IMG/VR virus record: IMGVR_UViG_3300023180_000018
From: a virus
Direction: 5' to 3' (one strand)
DNA length: 64,000 bases
The stretch's first letter is position 1; each line of letters opens with the position of its first letter. Below are positions 1 through 9,825 of the stretch, in pieces. Under the pieces are notes generated by a model. That model had not been told where the DNA came from and did no database searches. It saw nothing but the letters and a program-made list of their open reading frames with translations. The translations under genes were made by a program, and so were the position numbers.

Positions 1-92
1 TCTTGGACATAGATACATTTCAGCAGCCATTTTATCAACTCTATCGCTAAGAGTTCTATCATATTTAAACGACTGTTCTTTTATTAATTTCA

Positions 93-353
93 TTACATTT
101 CACCATAATGTTTTTGCCAAGAAGAACCTGTAACACCTAAACCAGTACCAGCAAGATATACGTAGTACATTATACGACATACTTCATTTGCACTACGTGC
201 TGAATTGATGTCTTGTATCAACCTAGCTTTTTTAAATTTATTTGCTTTAAATAAATTTGACTCTAGCATTTCTAATGCTTTTTCTTTAGCAACAGGGGTT
301 GAGTGATTTACCAAATCATTAATTTGGTCAGTGTTTAATGCTTCTTTAAACAT
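93..353 (-). CDS. hypothetical protein
   Basis: 86-aa ORF overlapping the upstream gene by 8 nt in the same-strand early cluster; no motif recognised. Confidence 0.6.
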   Translation of the reverse strand: MFKEALNTDQINDLVNHSTPVAKEKALEMLESNLFKANKFKKARLIQDINSARSANEVCRIMYYVYLAGTGLGVTGSSWQKHYGEM

Positions 354-732
354 TGCTATACGCCTTTTTAGTAAATTCTGAAGAAGTGTAAGTAGGAATA
401 TGCATATCTTCTACTTCAATAAAACCATATCTAGCAACAATGTGATATTTTTTAGTTTGATTATCGAAAATAACATCGCCAACTGACAAGGAATGCATTT
501 CTTTAAACTTATGAACTTTTTCTGGTTGATTCCAAAAATTAGTTATAAAAAATACTTCATCTAAGTTTTCAGCAGAAACACTAGCAACAATATCGTATTG
601 ATCCCAATTTTTTCTGACTGCATCTTCGAGAAAAATATCTTGATTATTATCATCATCCTCTCGATATCTGCCAATATCAAAAAACAATTCTACATCATTT
701 ACTTGAAAAACTATGTATGTTTGATTTTCCAT
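346..732 (-). CDS. YodL-like domain protein
   Basis: HSLSVGDVI motif followed by YHIVARYGF, resembling the YodL-like family; lies downstream of a sigma70-like promoter. Confidence 0.55.
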   Translation of the reverse strand: MENQTYIVFQVNDVELFFDIGRYREDDDNNQDIFLEDAVRKNWDQYDIVASVSAENLDEVFFITNFWNQPEKVHKFKEMHSLSVGDVIFDNQTKKYHIVARYGFIEVEDMHIPTYTSSEFTKKAYSNV

Positions 733-760
733 GTTTTGCCTTTTTTCAATTTATGGTACT

Positions 761-788
761 ATTCTACCATTTTTTGCGAAAAAGTAAA
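761..788 (-). promoter_or_regulatory. early sigma70-type promoter (TTTACT-N16-TAGAAT)
   Basis: minus strand reads gGTTTACT ttttcgcaaaaaatgg TAGAAT in the intergenic gap; GTTTAC matches the T4-type early -35 box. Confidence 0.6.
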
Positions 789-800
789 CCAGCATATAAG

Positions 801-1211
801 TTATTGATTATTAAACATTTTTGGTAAAAATCCATGGTTTTTTCCATGGTCTGGAGGAGTCCATCCTTCCGGCTTAACAAGATCTGGTAAACCAAGAGGA
901 TTTGGTCGAGTAGGCTTAACTCCTACTTCTTTTGACATATTAGCCATCAGCACTTCATCCCAGGCTTTATGGGCATCTATACCAAAAGCATCAAGAGTAC
1001 CAATAGCCACAACACAAAGATCAATTAAAGCATCTACAATTTCTTCAGGATTATCTTTATTAGCCTTTAGTTCATCTAGTTCTTCTTGCAAAAAGTTTGT
1101 CCGAAACTCAAGAAACATTTTTAATTTTTCCGGTGATAACTCATCAACGACTTTACGTACACCATAATGGGTGTGCATATCAAACATATCTTTTACCCAA
1201 TCTTTACTCAC
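801..1211 (-). CDS. MazG-like / PRA-PH family NTP pyrophosphohydrolase
   Basis: LQEELDEL...EEIVDALIDL acidic helices, EVLMANMSK and C-terminal KPEGWTPPD, typical of the all-alpha NTP-PPase family. Confidence 0.8.
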   Translation of the reverse strand: MSKDWVKDMFDMHTHYGVRKVVDELSPEKLKMFLEFRTNFLQEELDELKANKDNPEEIVDALIDLCVVAIGTLDAFGIDAHKAWDEVLMANMSKEVGVKPTRPNPLGLPDLVKPEGWTPPDHGKNHGFLPKMFNNQ

Positions 1212-1807
1212 GATAAATTCCTCTTCAGTTGTTCTTCTGTATTAATTGAAAACATTGTTTGGTTTGGTTCTTCTACGATTGGAGAAGGTTTATACATTTC
1301 TTTCAATGCTTTATCTAATTCTTTATTTTTTCTTCGTGCTAATTTTAATTTTCTTTTTCTTTGATCTACGTGAAATTTATTAGAACGACTTAAATAGTTA
1401 ACGCCATTCAAATGATCCATTTCATGTAGATAACATCTAGCAGTTAGACCTGCTAAAGTAGTTTCTACTTCTTCCCATTGATAATTAATATACTTAACAC
1501 CAATTTCATCTGGTCGCTTAATCTTAACATATAATCCTGGAAATGTCAAACAACCTTCTTCACCTTCTTCTAAATTTGAGCTTTCCCACACAACACTAGG
1601 GTTAATAATAGCTGCAGTTTTTTCTCCGCGAAGAAGAAATACTCTAGAATCTAAACCGAGCTGATTTGCAGAAATGCCCAAAGCACTCCCTAAATATTTT
1701 TCCATCTCTTTAATAGCAGCTTTGCATTTTCTTTTTTCTTCAAAATCTGTTATATCAACTTCTTTAATTATAGAATTGAAAATTTTATTATCTGGCTTTA
1801 CTAACAT
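1208..1807 (-). CDS. def: peptide deformylase
   Basis: three PDF motifs GISANQ, EGCLT, HEMDH; start reassigned to the ATG at 1807 behind an AGGAG RBS. Confidence 0.92.
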   Translation of the reverse strand: MLVKPDNKIFNSIIKEVDITDFEEKRKCKAAIKEMEKYLGSALGISANQLGLDSRVFLLRGEKTAAIINPSVVWESSNLEEGEEGCLTFPGLYVKIKRPDEIGVKYINYQWEEVETTLAGLTARCYLHEMDHLNGVNYLSRSNKFHVDQRKRKLKLARRKNKELDKALKEMYKPSPIVEEPNQTMFSINTEEQLKRNLS

Positions 1808-2564
1808 CAAATACTCCTGGATCAAAATCAATATAGTCTCTTTCAAGTGGAATTCCTTTACCTATAACTGGAAAGGAAATCGTTATTCGTGGCTCTTTAG
1901 TAATAGATTTATGGAAAACATTTTTTGGCAAATATAAAATATCTCCTGGGTGTAAAACTTTGTGAAATTCTAATTCATGTTCTTTTTCTTGTTCCTCTGA
2001 CAAACTAGCAGAGTTTGTCTGGAACTTTTTATAAACTTTCCATTCTACCGAACCGGCTATATGAAATAAGAAATTTTCACTTAGATCAAGGTGTGCTGGA
2101 AAAGTACTAGAATTTTTTTCTCTAGAAATGTAAATATTAGTATCTATAAGTTGTGGTGAAAAATCTCTTTCATAAGTCTTACACAAATTATTAATATCTT
2201 CATTTATTAAAGAAGACCTTGGCAAAATAATAGTACAATTTTTTTCCCAGTAAGATGCTAATATTTTTTTCGAAACATAAAAAGTAGCTGTTTCTATTCT
2301 TGTTTGGCTACTATTTACATATGTAGGTAAATCTCTATTAATATATAATTTAGTATCCCAATTTCTAATTTTATTTTTACCATCAAATATTTGCAAATTT
2401 GTTAATCTTCTATTATCATGAAAATAATCTGAAATTTGTTTCCAATTTAAAAGATTAGTAATGAAATTTTTATGTGTTTGGTTTTTACAACGTATTACAA
2501 AAGGTTTTCTTTTTTTATATTTTAAAACAAAATCTTTAGGTAATAAATCTAAAAAATCAATCAT
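1788..2564 (-). CDS. JmjC/cupin 2OG-Fe(II) oxygenase (Cupin_4/ROX-like)
   Basis: NIYIS...FPAHLD..ENF..HIAGSVEWKVY...LHPGDILYLPKNVFH, giving the HxD...H triad. Confidence 0.8.
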   Translation of the reverse strand: MIDFLDLLPKDFVLKYKKRKPFVIRCKNQTHKNFITNLLNWKQISDYFHDNRRLTNLQIFDGKNKIRNWDTKLYINRDLPTYVNSSQTRIETATFYVSKKILASYWEKNCTIILPRSSLINEDINNLCKTYERDFSPQLIDTNIYISREKNSSTFPAHLDLSENFLFHIAGSVEWKVYKKFQTNSASLSEEQEKEHELEFHKVLHPGDILYLPKNVFHKSITKEPRITISFPVIGKGIPLERDYIDFDPGVFDVSKAR

Positions 2565-2745
2565 CTTTTTCTACAATCTTATAGAAACCTTCTTTTAATT
2601 TCATGTTTTTAATTGCACCATTGACTTTAGTCATATCTTCAAATTTTCTTTCTTGTTTTTTAAACAATTGCGCGGCTCGCATATCAATAATAGGATCCCA
2701 CTCTTCTGTTTCTTCACTTAATCTAGTATAAATTACATAATGCAT
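2557..2745 (-). CDS. hypothetical protein
   Basis: 62-aa ORF with a GGAGAG RBS filling the gap between gp46 and the JmjC gene. Confidence 0.55.
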   Translation of the reverse strand: MHYVIYTRLSEETEEWDPIIDMRAAQLFKKQERKFEDMTKVNGAIKNMKLKEGFYKIVEKDD

Positions 2746-2754
2746 TTCTCTCTC

Positions 2755-4464
2755 CTATGCTGCTATTTGTGAAAAGTTTTTAACTTTTTCAAATTTAATA
2801 TTACTATTGAATTTATCAAACAATTGATCACCTTTATGACTGATTACAAATACGTTTGATCCAGAACCAAGTTGTGTAATTATTTTAAGAAATTCATCTG
2901 TTCCTGTATTGTCAAGTGAACTATCAAATACTTCATCTAAGATAAGTAAATTTGTTGTAATAGAATTTCTTAATTTAGATACCGCGCGCCACGTAAATAA
3001 TAAAGATAAATCAATTCTCATTTTTTCGCCTTCAGAGAATGAATCATATTTAAATTCATCTCTAAATCTTGATTTAATTTTTTCATCAAAATTTTCATCA
3101 AGTTCAAACTGAACAAAGAAATCCATTGCTGCTAAGTATTTGTTCATAAGCTTATTTATGATAGGTATATATTGTTTTATAATTTTAGCTTTAATGCCAC
3201 CATCTCTAAGTAATGTACTAGCAATATTATGAACTTCTCTTTGACTGAGTAAACTTTCATAATCTAAAGTGTATTGTTTTAATTCATTTTTAAATGTTTT
3301 AATATCATCAAGAGAAGTATCTTCATTAATAATATTTTGTTCATGTAATGAATCATTAAGTTCTTTAATATTTCTTTTATGGGACGTTATTTGAGTATTA
3401 ATATTCATCAATTCTTGTGTATATTTTTGAATAATAGATTGTATTTCAAAAATTTGAGATAGTCTTACTTCTACTTCATCAAAATGTGTTTTTAATTGTT
3501 CAATGCCATCTCGTATCTCTACTCTTTTTTCTTTCTTATTATTAGTTACACATTCTTTATGATTTTCATCAATTGGTTGACTACATGTAGGACAATCATT
3601 ATGATCATTAAAAAAAGAAATTTCATTTTCAACAGTATTTAATTTTTGTGTTAATTGAACTTTTAATTTATCAAGTTTTTGTTTTTTATTATTAGTAATT
3701 TCTAAATCATTTATGTCATTATTGTGATTATTAATCTTTGACATAATAATATTTTGTTGCGCTTCTAATTCTAAAATTTCTTTATTAATTTCTTCAATCT
3801 TATTATTTTTGGTATCAATATCACTTTGCTTTATAGAACGTATTTCGTTCATATGCTTTTTAGTCATTTCAATTTTTTGAGTAAGTAAGTCTATTTGATA
3901 CTTTGCTTCAGTAATATTATCTTTGTTTTTTGCAATCTTATCTTTAAGTACCAAATACATTTTTGAAAAGATTTCAATATCCAGTAAGTCTTCAATAATT
4001 TGACGACGTTCATATGGTTTGAGCTGCATAAATGGTACAAAGTTTGCAGAACCAACAACGATAATTTGAGTAAATGATTTGTGGTTAAGCTTTAGAATAT
4101 TTTTTTCTAAATTTTCTTGGTATTCTTTTATGCTAGCATTTTGATCTATTAGTTTATCATCAGCATAAATTTCAAAAATAGCAGGCTTGATTCCACGTCG
4201 AATAAAGTAATTGACGCTACCAATCGTAAACTCAATTTCAACTAAACAGTTTTTATTGGTAATACTATTTACAAGCAATGGCTTATTGATATTACGATAT
4301 GGCTTGCCATATAAAGCAAATGATAGTGCATCTAACATTGTAGATTTACCAGCACCATTTTCACCAACGATTAATGTGGAAGGAGAACGATCTAACTTGA
4401 TCTCAGTAAACACATTTCCAGTAGACAAAAAATTCTGCCACCGGATAGTTTTAAAATGAATCAT
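2755..4464 (-). CDS. gp46: recombination endonuclease subunit, SbcC/Rad50-like ATPase
   Basis: Walker A GENGAGKST, coiled coil with CPTC zinc hook, FSEGEK signature, LILDEVFD Walker B. Confidence 0.96.
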   Translation of the reverse strand: MIHFKTIRWQNFLSTGNVFTEIKLDRSPSTLIVGENGAGKSTMLDALSFALYGKPYRNINKPLLVNSITNKNCLVEIEFTIGSVNYFIRRGIKPAIFEIYADDKLIDQNASIKEYQENLEKNILKLNHKSFTQIIVVGSANFVPFMQLKPYERRQIIEDLLDIEIFSKMYLVLKDKIAKNKDNITEAKYQIDLLTQKIEMTKKHMNEIRSIKQSDIDTKNNKIEEINKEILELEAQQNIIMSKINNHNNDINDLEITNNKKQKLDKLKVQLTQKLNTVENEISFFNDHNDCPTCSQPIDENHKECVTNNKKEKRVEIRDGIEQLKTHFDEVEVRLSQIFEIQSIIQKYTQELMNINTQITSHKRNIKELNDSLHEQNIINEDTSLDDIKTFKNELKQYTLDYESLLSQREVHNIASTLLRDGGIKAKIIKQYIPIINKLMNKYLAAMDFFVQFELDENFDEKIKSRFRDEFKYDSFSEGEKMRIDLSLLFTWRAVSKLRNSITTNLLILDEVFDSSLDNTGTDEFLKIITQLGSGSNVFVISHKGDQLFDKFNSNIKFEKVKNFSQIAA

Positions 4465-4467
4465 ATA

Positions 4468-5508
4468 TTATTCAACCGCGATTGCATCATGATATAGTTC
4501 GTAGAATAAATCTTCTACGGGTTTAGAATTTTCTAAGTTTAGATTTCCTAAGTAATTTTTAATAATTGTTACAGTATCTTCTGCTTCATTAATAATTTCA
4601 GTATCATCTTCTAAATTGAGATTGAAATTATCTTCTACTACCTGAAGATTCGCTGGTTCATATGAATTTAATTTATCAACAAATAAATCAAAGGCGTATG
4701 GATTTTTCTTTTGCTGTACAATTAATTTCACATATGTATCTTTTATACATGACAAATCTTCATTATATTCTTGACTATCATCATAGAATATTTTATTAAA
4801 CATTATATAAGGATTCACTATATGTGTCAACTGTAATGTTTCTGTATCAAAAATATGAAAACCTCTCGCGTCATTATAATCTGACCAAGTCATTTCATAT
4901 GGTGCACCGAGATAATGTATATTATTATGAGAAGATTTATGATGGAAATGTCCTGACATAACCATATCATATTTTGAAAATAAAGATTGACTTAATCCAT
5001 GATCATTAATAGCACCACGATACATTTCAAATCCTTTCAATTCTAAATGACCCATTAAAACTTTACATCCACTATTTTCAATATAATGCATGGCTTCTTC
5101 ATAATTACTATTATTAATCCATGGCATCATTAAAACATTAAGGTTATCAAACTGACACACCGTAGGTTCGTCATAAACATTTAATTCATATTCATTTAAT
5201 AATAGATCTGGAGAGTTAATACGATTTGTATTTTTAAAATAAATGTCGTGGTTACCAACAATACAGTGTAATTCTATATTCCTAGATCTGATCTCATCAA
5301 ACCAATACCGTTTACAACGAGTAAGACTGTCGTAATTAATGTACTTGCGACGATCAAATATATCGCCCAATTCAACAATAGTTGTAATGTTTTCTTTTTC
5401 AAGAAAAGGAAAAAAGAATTCTTTGTAAAATTTTGAAAAATATTCATGAAATTGTATGCTATCGTTTCTTGCACCAAAGTGCTGATCAGTTATTAATGCT
5501 ATCTTCAT
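4468..5508 (-). CDS. gp47: recombination endonuclease subunit, SbcD/Mre11-like nuclease
   Basis: DQHFG, LGDIFD, GNHD and SGHFH phosphoesterase motifs; adjacent to gp46. Confidence 0.96.
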   Translation of the reverse strand: MKIALITDQHFGARNDSIQFHEYFSKFYKEFFFPFLEKENITTIVELGDIFDRRKYINYDSLTRCKRYWFDEIRSRNIELHCIVGNHDIYFKNTNRINSPDLLLNEYELNVYDEPTVCQFDNLNVLMMPWINNSNYEEAMHYIENSGCKVLMGHLELKGFEMYRGAINDHGLSQSLFSKYDMVMSGHFHHKSSHNNIHYLGAPYEMTWSDYNDARGFHIFDTETLQLTHIVNPYIMFNKIFYDDSQEYNEDLSCIKDTYVKLIVQQKKNPYAFDLFVDKLNSYEPANLQVVEDNFNLNLEDDTEIINEAEDTVTIIKNYLGNLNLENSKPVEDLFYELYHDAIAVE

Positions 5509-7243
5509 TGTCTATATTCTCAACATAATATAAATTTCCATCAAATTCAGTCACAAATCCATCTAAAAAAGTATTTATAACCATCCATGCAGCTTCGTCA
5601 TATGTATTTAATATTCCACGCCCTGCAACATTAAATGATGTATTCAATAGCGGGGAACCATATAATTTTAAAATTTCCCATAACAATGGATTATCTTTTT
5701 TATGCAAACCTTGCACTCTAGCAGTATCATCTAGATGCGTAATTGCGGACAATGTATCTTTATACTCTGGTCTAACTTTTAAAGCAAATGACATTGTTTC
5801 TAAATTTCTATAATCATGACTTTCAAAATATTTTGGCACGTCTTCATAAATACAAATTGGTGCAAACGGCCTAAACCATTCTCTACGCTTTACTTTATTT
5901 ACCATTGTTTTCATACCTTTTCCAGCAGTAGATAAAATAGATCTACGTCCTAAAGCGCGGGGACCAATTTCAGAATTTCCAGATATAAATCCAATTACTT
6001 TTTTTGTTTTTAATATGTTAACCACATCATTAATGTTTATTTTTTTACAAAATAAATTACGTTTTTTTACAATATCGTGTAAATTATCTCTTATGCTACG
6101 ACCCTCAAATGTTAAATCTTGACGTTTTGGTTTTATACCTTTTTCTAATAAATAATTTATAAGTATTCCATGCGATTGGCATACATCGTGTGGATTTGGA
6201 GGAACATACACATTTAACTGCGGCCACGTTTCTCTTATTTTCTGATTAGTTAATACATTAAGAGCAGAACCCCCAGTAAGAATAAGATTATTATCACATT
6301 CAGCAATTTCATTTATATGAGAGGAAATCGTTTCTAATGTTTTTTCTTCGAACCATTTTTGAGCACCATAAGCAACGTTTCTTTCTTGCTGATCAGTTAA
6401 ACATTTGAGTTTTTTATTTTTACCATCCCATCCATCTAGATTAAACGCATCAGAAATTGAAGCGTAAATCTTTTTTTTCATGTTTTTAGAAAAAAGATTT
6501 CTATCAGGAAATGGATTTCCTATAAAAGCGGTATTTAAACACTGTTCTAAAACTTCCATAATAATTTTAGATTCTTTAGATTCTTTTCCATACGCTGATA
6601 ATCCCATTAGCTTTCCTGCGAAATCAACATAATTCCACGTATATTGAAGTTCGCGCAGACCCGTGGCGGTCGCGCTATATACGTGTGAAATAGAAGGAAC
6701 ATACAGCTTTATGTTACTTTCTTCATAATCATTAAATATTGAAAATCTTCTAGAGGAAACATCTCCAAAACCGTCGAAAGTAAAACACCCGGCACGCTTA
6801 AAAGGCGATTGAGCATACGCAGATAGTGCATGACATTTGTGATGATAATCATCACCATTATTAACATAATGCATTACATTTGCTTCTTCAATTTGTTGTA
6901 TTGGAAAAAGCTTTTGTCCATAATACATTATAAATCTTTTTTTACCATTTATAGGCGGTTTCTGGACAATAAGTTTTTCAAACTCTTCAACATTAAATAA
7001 ATTTTTAAAATATAAAATAGCGTCTTTAAAATCTTTACTTATAATCTTACTGTAATCACGGTACCCTTCAGGTCCCTCGGGAAAAAAACTTCGCAATGCA
7101 GTAACAGAATAATGTTTAATACTGCCAGTTTTAAGGTTAGAAGAATTTTTTTCAAATTCATATATATAAAATTTATCCGTGTATGGATCATATCCAGTCA
7201 TATTTGCATCATGACCCATATAAAATGAAAGTATAGGTTTCAT
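5486..7243 (-). CDS. O-carbamoyltransferase (NodU/CmcH/TobZ family), copy 1
   Basis: GHD, HHKCH, DGFG, GKLMGLSAYG, GGSALN, EIGPRALGRRS, KRREWFRPFAP, LLNTSFN. Confidence 0.9.
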   Translation of the reverse strand: MKPILSFYMGHDANMTGYDPYTDKFYIYEFEKNSSNLKTGSIKHYSVTALRSFFPEGPEGYRDYSKIISKDFKDAILYFKNLFNVEEFEKLIVQKPPINGKKRFIMYYGQKLFPIQQIEEANVMHYVNNGDDYHHKCHALSAYAQSPFKRAGCFTFDGFGDVSSRRFSIFNDYEESNIKLYVPSISHVYSATATGLRELQYTWNYVDFAGKLMGLSAYGKESKESKIIMEVLEQCLNTAFIGNPFPDRNLFSKNMKKKIYASISDAFNLDGWDGKNKKLKCLTDQQERNVAYGAQKWFEEKTLETISSHINEIAECDNNLILTGGSALNVLTNQKIRETWPQLNVYVPPNPHDVCQSHGILINYLLEKGIKPKRQDLTFEGRSIRDNLHDIVKKRNLFCKKININDVVNILKTKKVIGFISGNSEIGPRALGRRSILSTAGKGMKTMVNKVKRREWFRPFAPICIYEDVPKYFESHDYRNLETMSFALKVRPEYKDTLSAITHLDDTARVQGLHKKDNPLLWEILKLYGSPLLNTSFNVAGRGILNTYDEAAWMVINTFLDGFVTEFDGNLYYVENIDNEDSINN

Positions 7244-8922
7244 ATAATTTTTATTTCCTGGCCGTTATAATATACAATGTGATCCAAGTTGGTATATTTT
7301 AAAACGCGTAATGCCTCATTCATAGAATTTAAAATAGGTTTACCTTGTACATTAAACGAAGTATTCAATAAAGGAGTACCTAATGTATTTATTAAACTGT
7401 ATAAAAATTCATTATCCTCTTTTTTTACAATTTGTAATCTAGCAGTATTATCTACATGTGTAATTGCATCTAATTCATTTTTATACTTTTCATTTATTTT
7501 AATAGCATATGACATTGATTCCATGTTATCAAAACTATTTGAAACAAAATATTTTTGTGCCATTTCCGGTGTACATACTGGAGCAAAAGGTCTAAACCAT
7601 TCCCTAAATTTTACCTTTTCATTTATTTTTTTCTTCATTCCAAATTTTGGTAAACATATAATAGAACGATGACCTAGTGCTCTGGGCCCAATTTCAGAAT
7701 CACCGTGCAGCAAACCTATTATTTTTTCTTCTTTAATTAATTCTATTAATTCAGTTAAAGTAATAGTTTTTTTAAAAACATCAGTATTTCCTTTTAATTC
7801 CATTCCGGAGTATAACATAGAAGTGTGATTATTAAAATCTATTTTATCTGATAAGTATTTTGCAAGCATTCCTAATGATAATCCACAATCACTTGGATTA
7901 GGAGAAACATAAAAATTAATATCTTTAAATTTTTCTCTAGCTTTTTGATTTGCTAATACGTTTAATGCAACACCACCTGAAAGTATTAAATTATTATTAC
8001 ATTCCTTTATAAGAGTTTTTTTCTCTTCAATTAATTGAATTAATTTATTTTCAATCCAATTCTGTACTGCCCAAGCCACGTCCATTTCTTCAGATCCATA
8101 TAAAAAATGTCTTTTATATTTTATATATTTTGTATCTTTTATTGCGTTTAAAGCTTTGTGTACTCTAATAGTATTAAATAAAACACGGTGATCAGACATA
8201 TTTAAATTTTTATTTAAAATTGAATTATCAAAAAAAGAAAATATTTTTTCAAATACTATTCCCCTGTCAGTTATTTTATCATGCGTTTCTAATATATGAT
8301 CTAATAGATTTTGGAATTTTTTTGTAAATTCAGTAGGCCTACCATAAGCAGATAATCCCATAGTTTTACCAGCATAATCTAAACTATTTCCAGTATCTAT
8401 CAAACTACTAAACATTCTACTGACGTATTCATATATGTATCCATAAAATTTCGAGTTTTCTTCGTACATAACTTCTTTTTGTTTATCAAACATCATATAA
8501 GAATTAGAAGCCCAATCGCCAGTACCATCCCAGGTAATTGTAAATGCTTTATCAAATGGTGATTGTATATAAGAAGACCACGCGTGTAATACATGATGCT
8601 TATATTCACGGAGAATACGACTATCTCTAAGATAGAATTTTTGTGTATAATTATTTAACCAATTAAAATGTTCATATAATTGTTCATTTAAATTATAATT
8701 GTGCTTTAATAAAATAGTTTCAAAACTATTTTGTTCGTAATGTTTATTGAAATATTTTTCATAATTATACGACGCATCTTTATAATTATTGCCAGGTCTA
8801 AAATGTTTTGTTTGTAATAATTTATCTAATTCTATAATTTTAAATTTATCTTTTACTTTATCATAGACCGTAAAAGTAGAATCATGACCTAAATAAACTG
8901 CACCTATATATCTAGTCATCAA
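7240..8922 (-). CDS. O-carbamoyltransferase (NodU/CmcH/TobZ family), copy 2
   Basis: GHD, HHVLH, DGTG, GKTMGLSAYG, GGVALN, EIGPRALGHRS, KFREWFRPFAP, LLNTSFN. Confidence 0.9.
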   Translation of the reverse strand: MMTRYIGAVYLGHDSTFTVYDKVKDKFKIIELDKLLQTKHFRPGNNYKDASYNYEKYFNKHYEQNSFETILLKHNYNLNEQLYEHFNWLNNYTQKFYLRDSRILREYKHHVLHAWSSYIQSPFDKAFTITWDGTGDWASNSYMMFDKQKEVMYEENSKFYGYIYEYVSRMFSSLIDTGNSLDYAGKTMGLSAYGRPTEFTKKFQNLLDHILETHDKITDRGIVFEKIFSFFDNSILNKNLNMSDHRVLFNTIRVHKALNAIKDTKYIKYKRHFLYGSEEMDVAWAVQNWIENKLIQLIEEKKTLIKECNNNLILSGGVALNVLANQKAREKFKDINFYVSPNPSDCGLSLGMLAKYLSDKIDFNNHTSMLYSGMELKGNTDVFKKTITLTELIELIKEEKIIGLLHGDSEIGPRALGHRSIICLPKFGMKKKINEKVKFREWFRPFAPVCTPEMAQKYFVSNSFDNMESMSYAIKINEKYKNELDAITHVDNTARLQIVKKEDNEFLYSLINTLGTPLLNTSFNVQGKPILNSMNEALRVLKYTNLDHIVYYNGQEIKII

Positions 8923-9424
8923 TAAATTTCTCTAGACCTTTTTTAGGTTTTTTAGTTATTTTTTTACTATCAAACTTTTCAATAATAGGTTTCATTTTTT
9001 CATTTGTAATGTCAAAGTTTGCATAAGTTGCATCTTCATCTTCTAGTAATGAATTGTCAATAATTATATTTTCTAATGCTTTATATTTAACATAGGTTTG
9101 TTTTTTTTCTTTTTCTATTCTACGTAAAAAAGCATACCAAATAATTTGAGTAAAATAAGCAAAAGGGTTTTTAGATTTTTCAGGATTAAAACTATGTATA
9201 GCAATAACACAATTTTCTAATGCGTCGTTAATCATTTCATCTTTATAAGTATAACCTACAAAATTACCTTTACTTGCTAATTTTGTTGCAATCATTATAA
9301 AACATTTACCTATTTCTTCAGGAATTCTCGGCTGTGGTTTATTTTGTTTATGCGCTGTGTTGCAAGTATCTTTATAATCTACAAGTAACTGATAGAATTC
9401 TTTATTGTTTATATAATTAGCCAT
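8912..9424 (-). CDS. gp55: late transcription sigma factor
   Basis: YINNKEF...NFVGYTYKDEMINDALENC...KSKNPFAYFTQIIWYAFLRRIEKEKKQ. Confidence 0.95.
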   Translation of the reverse strand: MANYINNKEFYQLLVDYKDTCNTAHKQNKPQPRIPEEIGKCFIMIATKLASKGNFVGYTYKDEMINDALENCVIAIHSFNPEKSKNPFAYFTQIIWYAFLRRIEKEKKQTYVKYKALENIIIDNSLLEDEDATYANFDITNEKMKPIIEKFDSKKITKKPKKGLEKFIDD

Positions 9425-9825
9425 TAATGAATATCCTTATCATCTTTCATCATTCGTTGTAACATTTCATTAACAATATCAATATCATGTTTCGGCGCAT
9501 TATCATTATTAATGTTCATATTAATATTAAGATCTTTATACATATTTCTTTGATTTTCTAATTGTTTATAATAAAAATCTAACACCATAGGATTTGGATC
9601 TGAGAATCTATTCATAATAAAATCGTGTTCGATTCTTACCATAAAGCTATCATTCCAAGGACAATATTTTTTCATGAATATGATTGGAACACCGGAAAAA
9701 TTATGTTTTAATTCTACCATAAGACAGCCATCTATGTCAATACAGCGATCATTTTCTCCTCTTAGTTCACCCATGATCTGTTCACCGTTTGTTAATTTTA
9801 CGATGATAATAGGATATTCTTCCAT
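9424..9825 (-). CDS. conserved T4-like protein (Sm-like N-terminus) between uvsW and gp55
   Basis: IVKLTNGEQIMGE start; same position as in many T4-like phages. Confidence 0.6.
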   Translation of the reverse strand: MEEYPIIIVKLTNGEQIMGELRGENDRCIDIDGCLMVELKHNFSGVPIIFMKKYCPWNDSFMVRIEHDFIMNRFSDPNPMVLDFYYKQLENQRNMYKDLNINMNINNDNAPKHDIDIVNEMLQRMMKDDKDIH

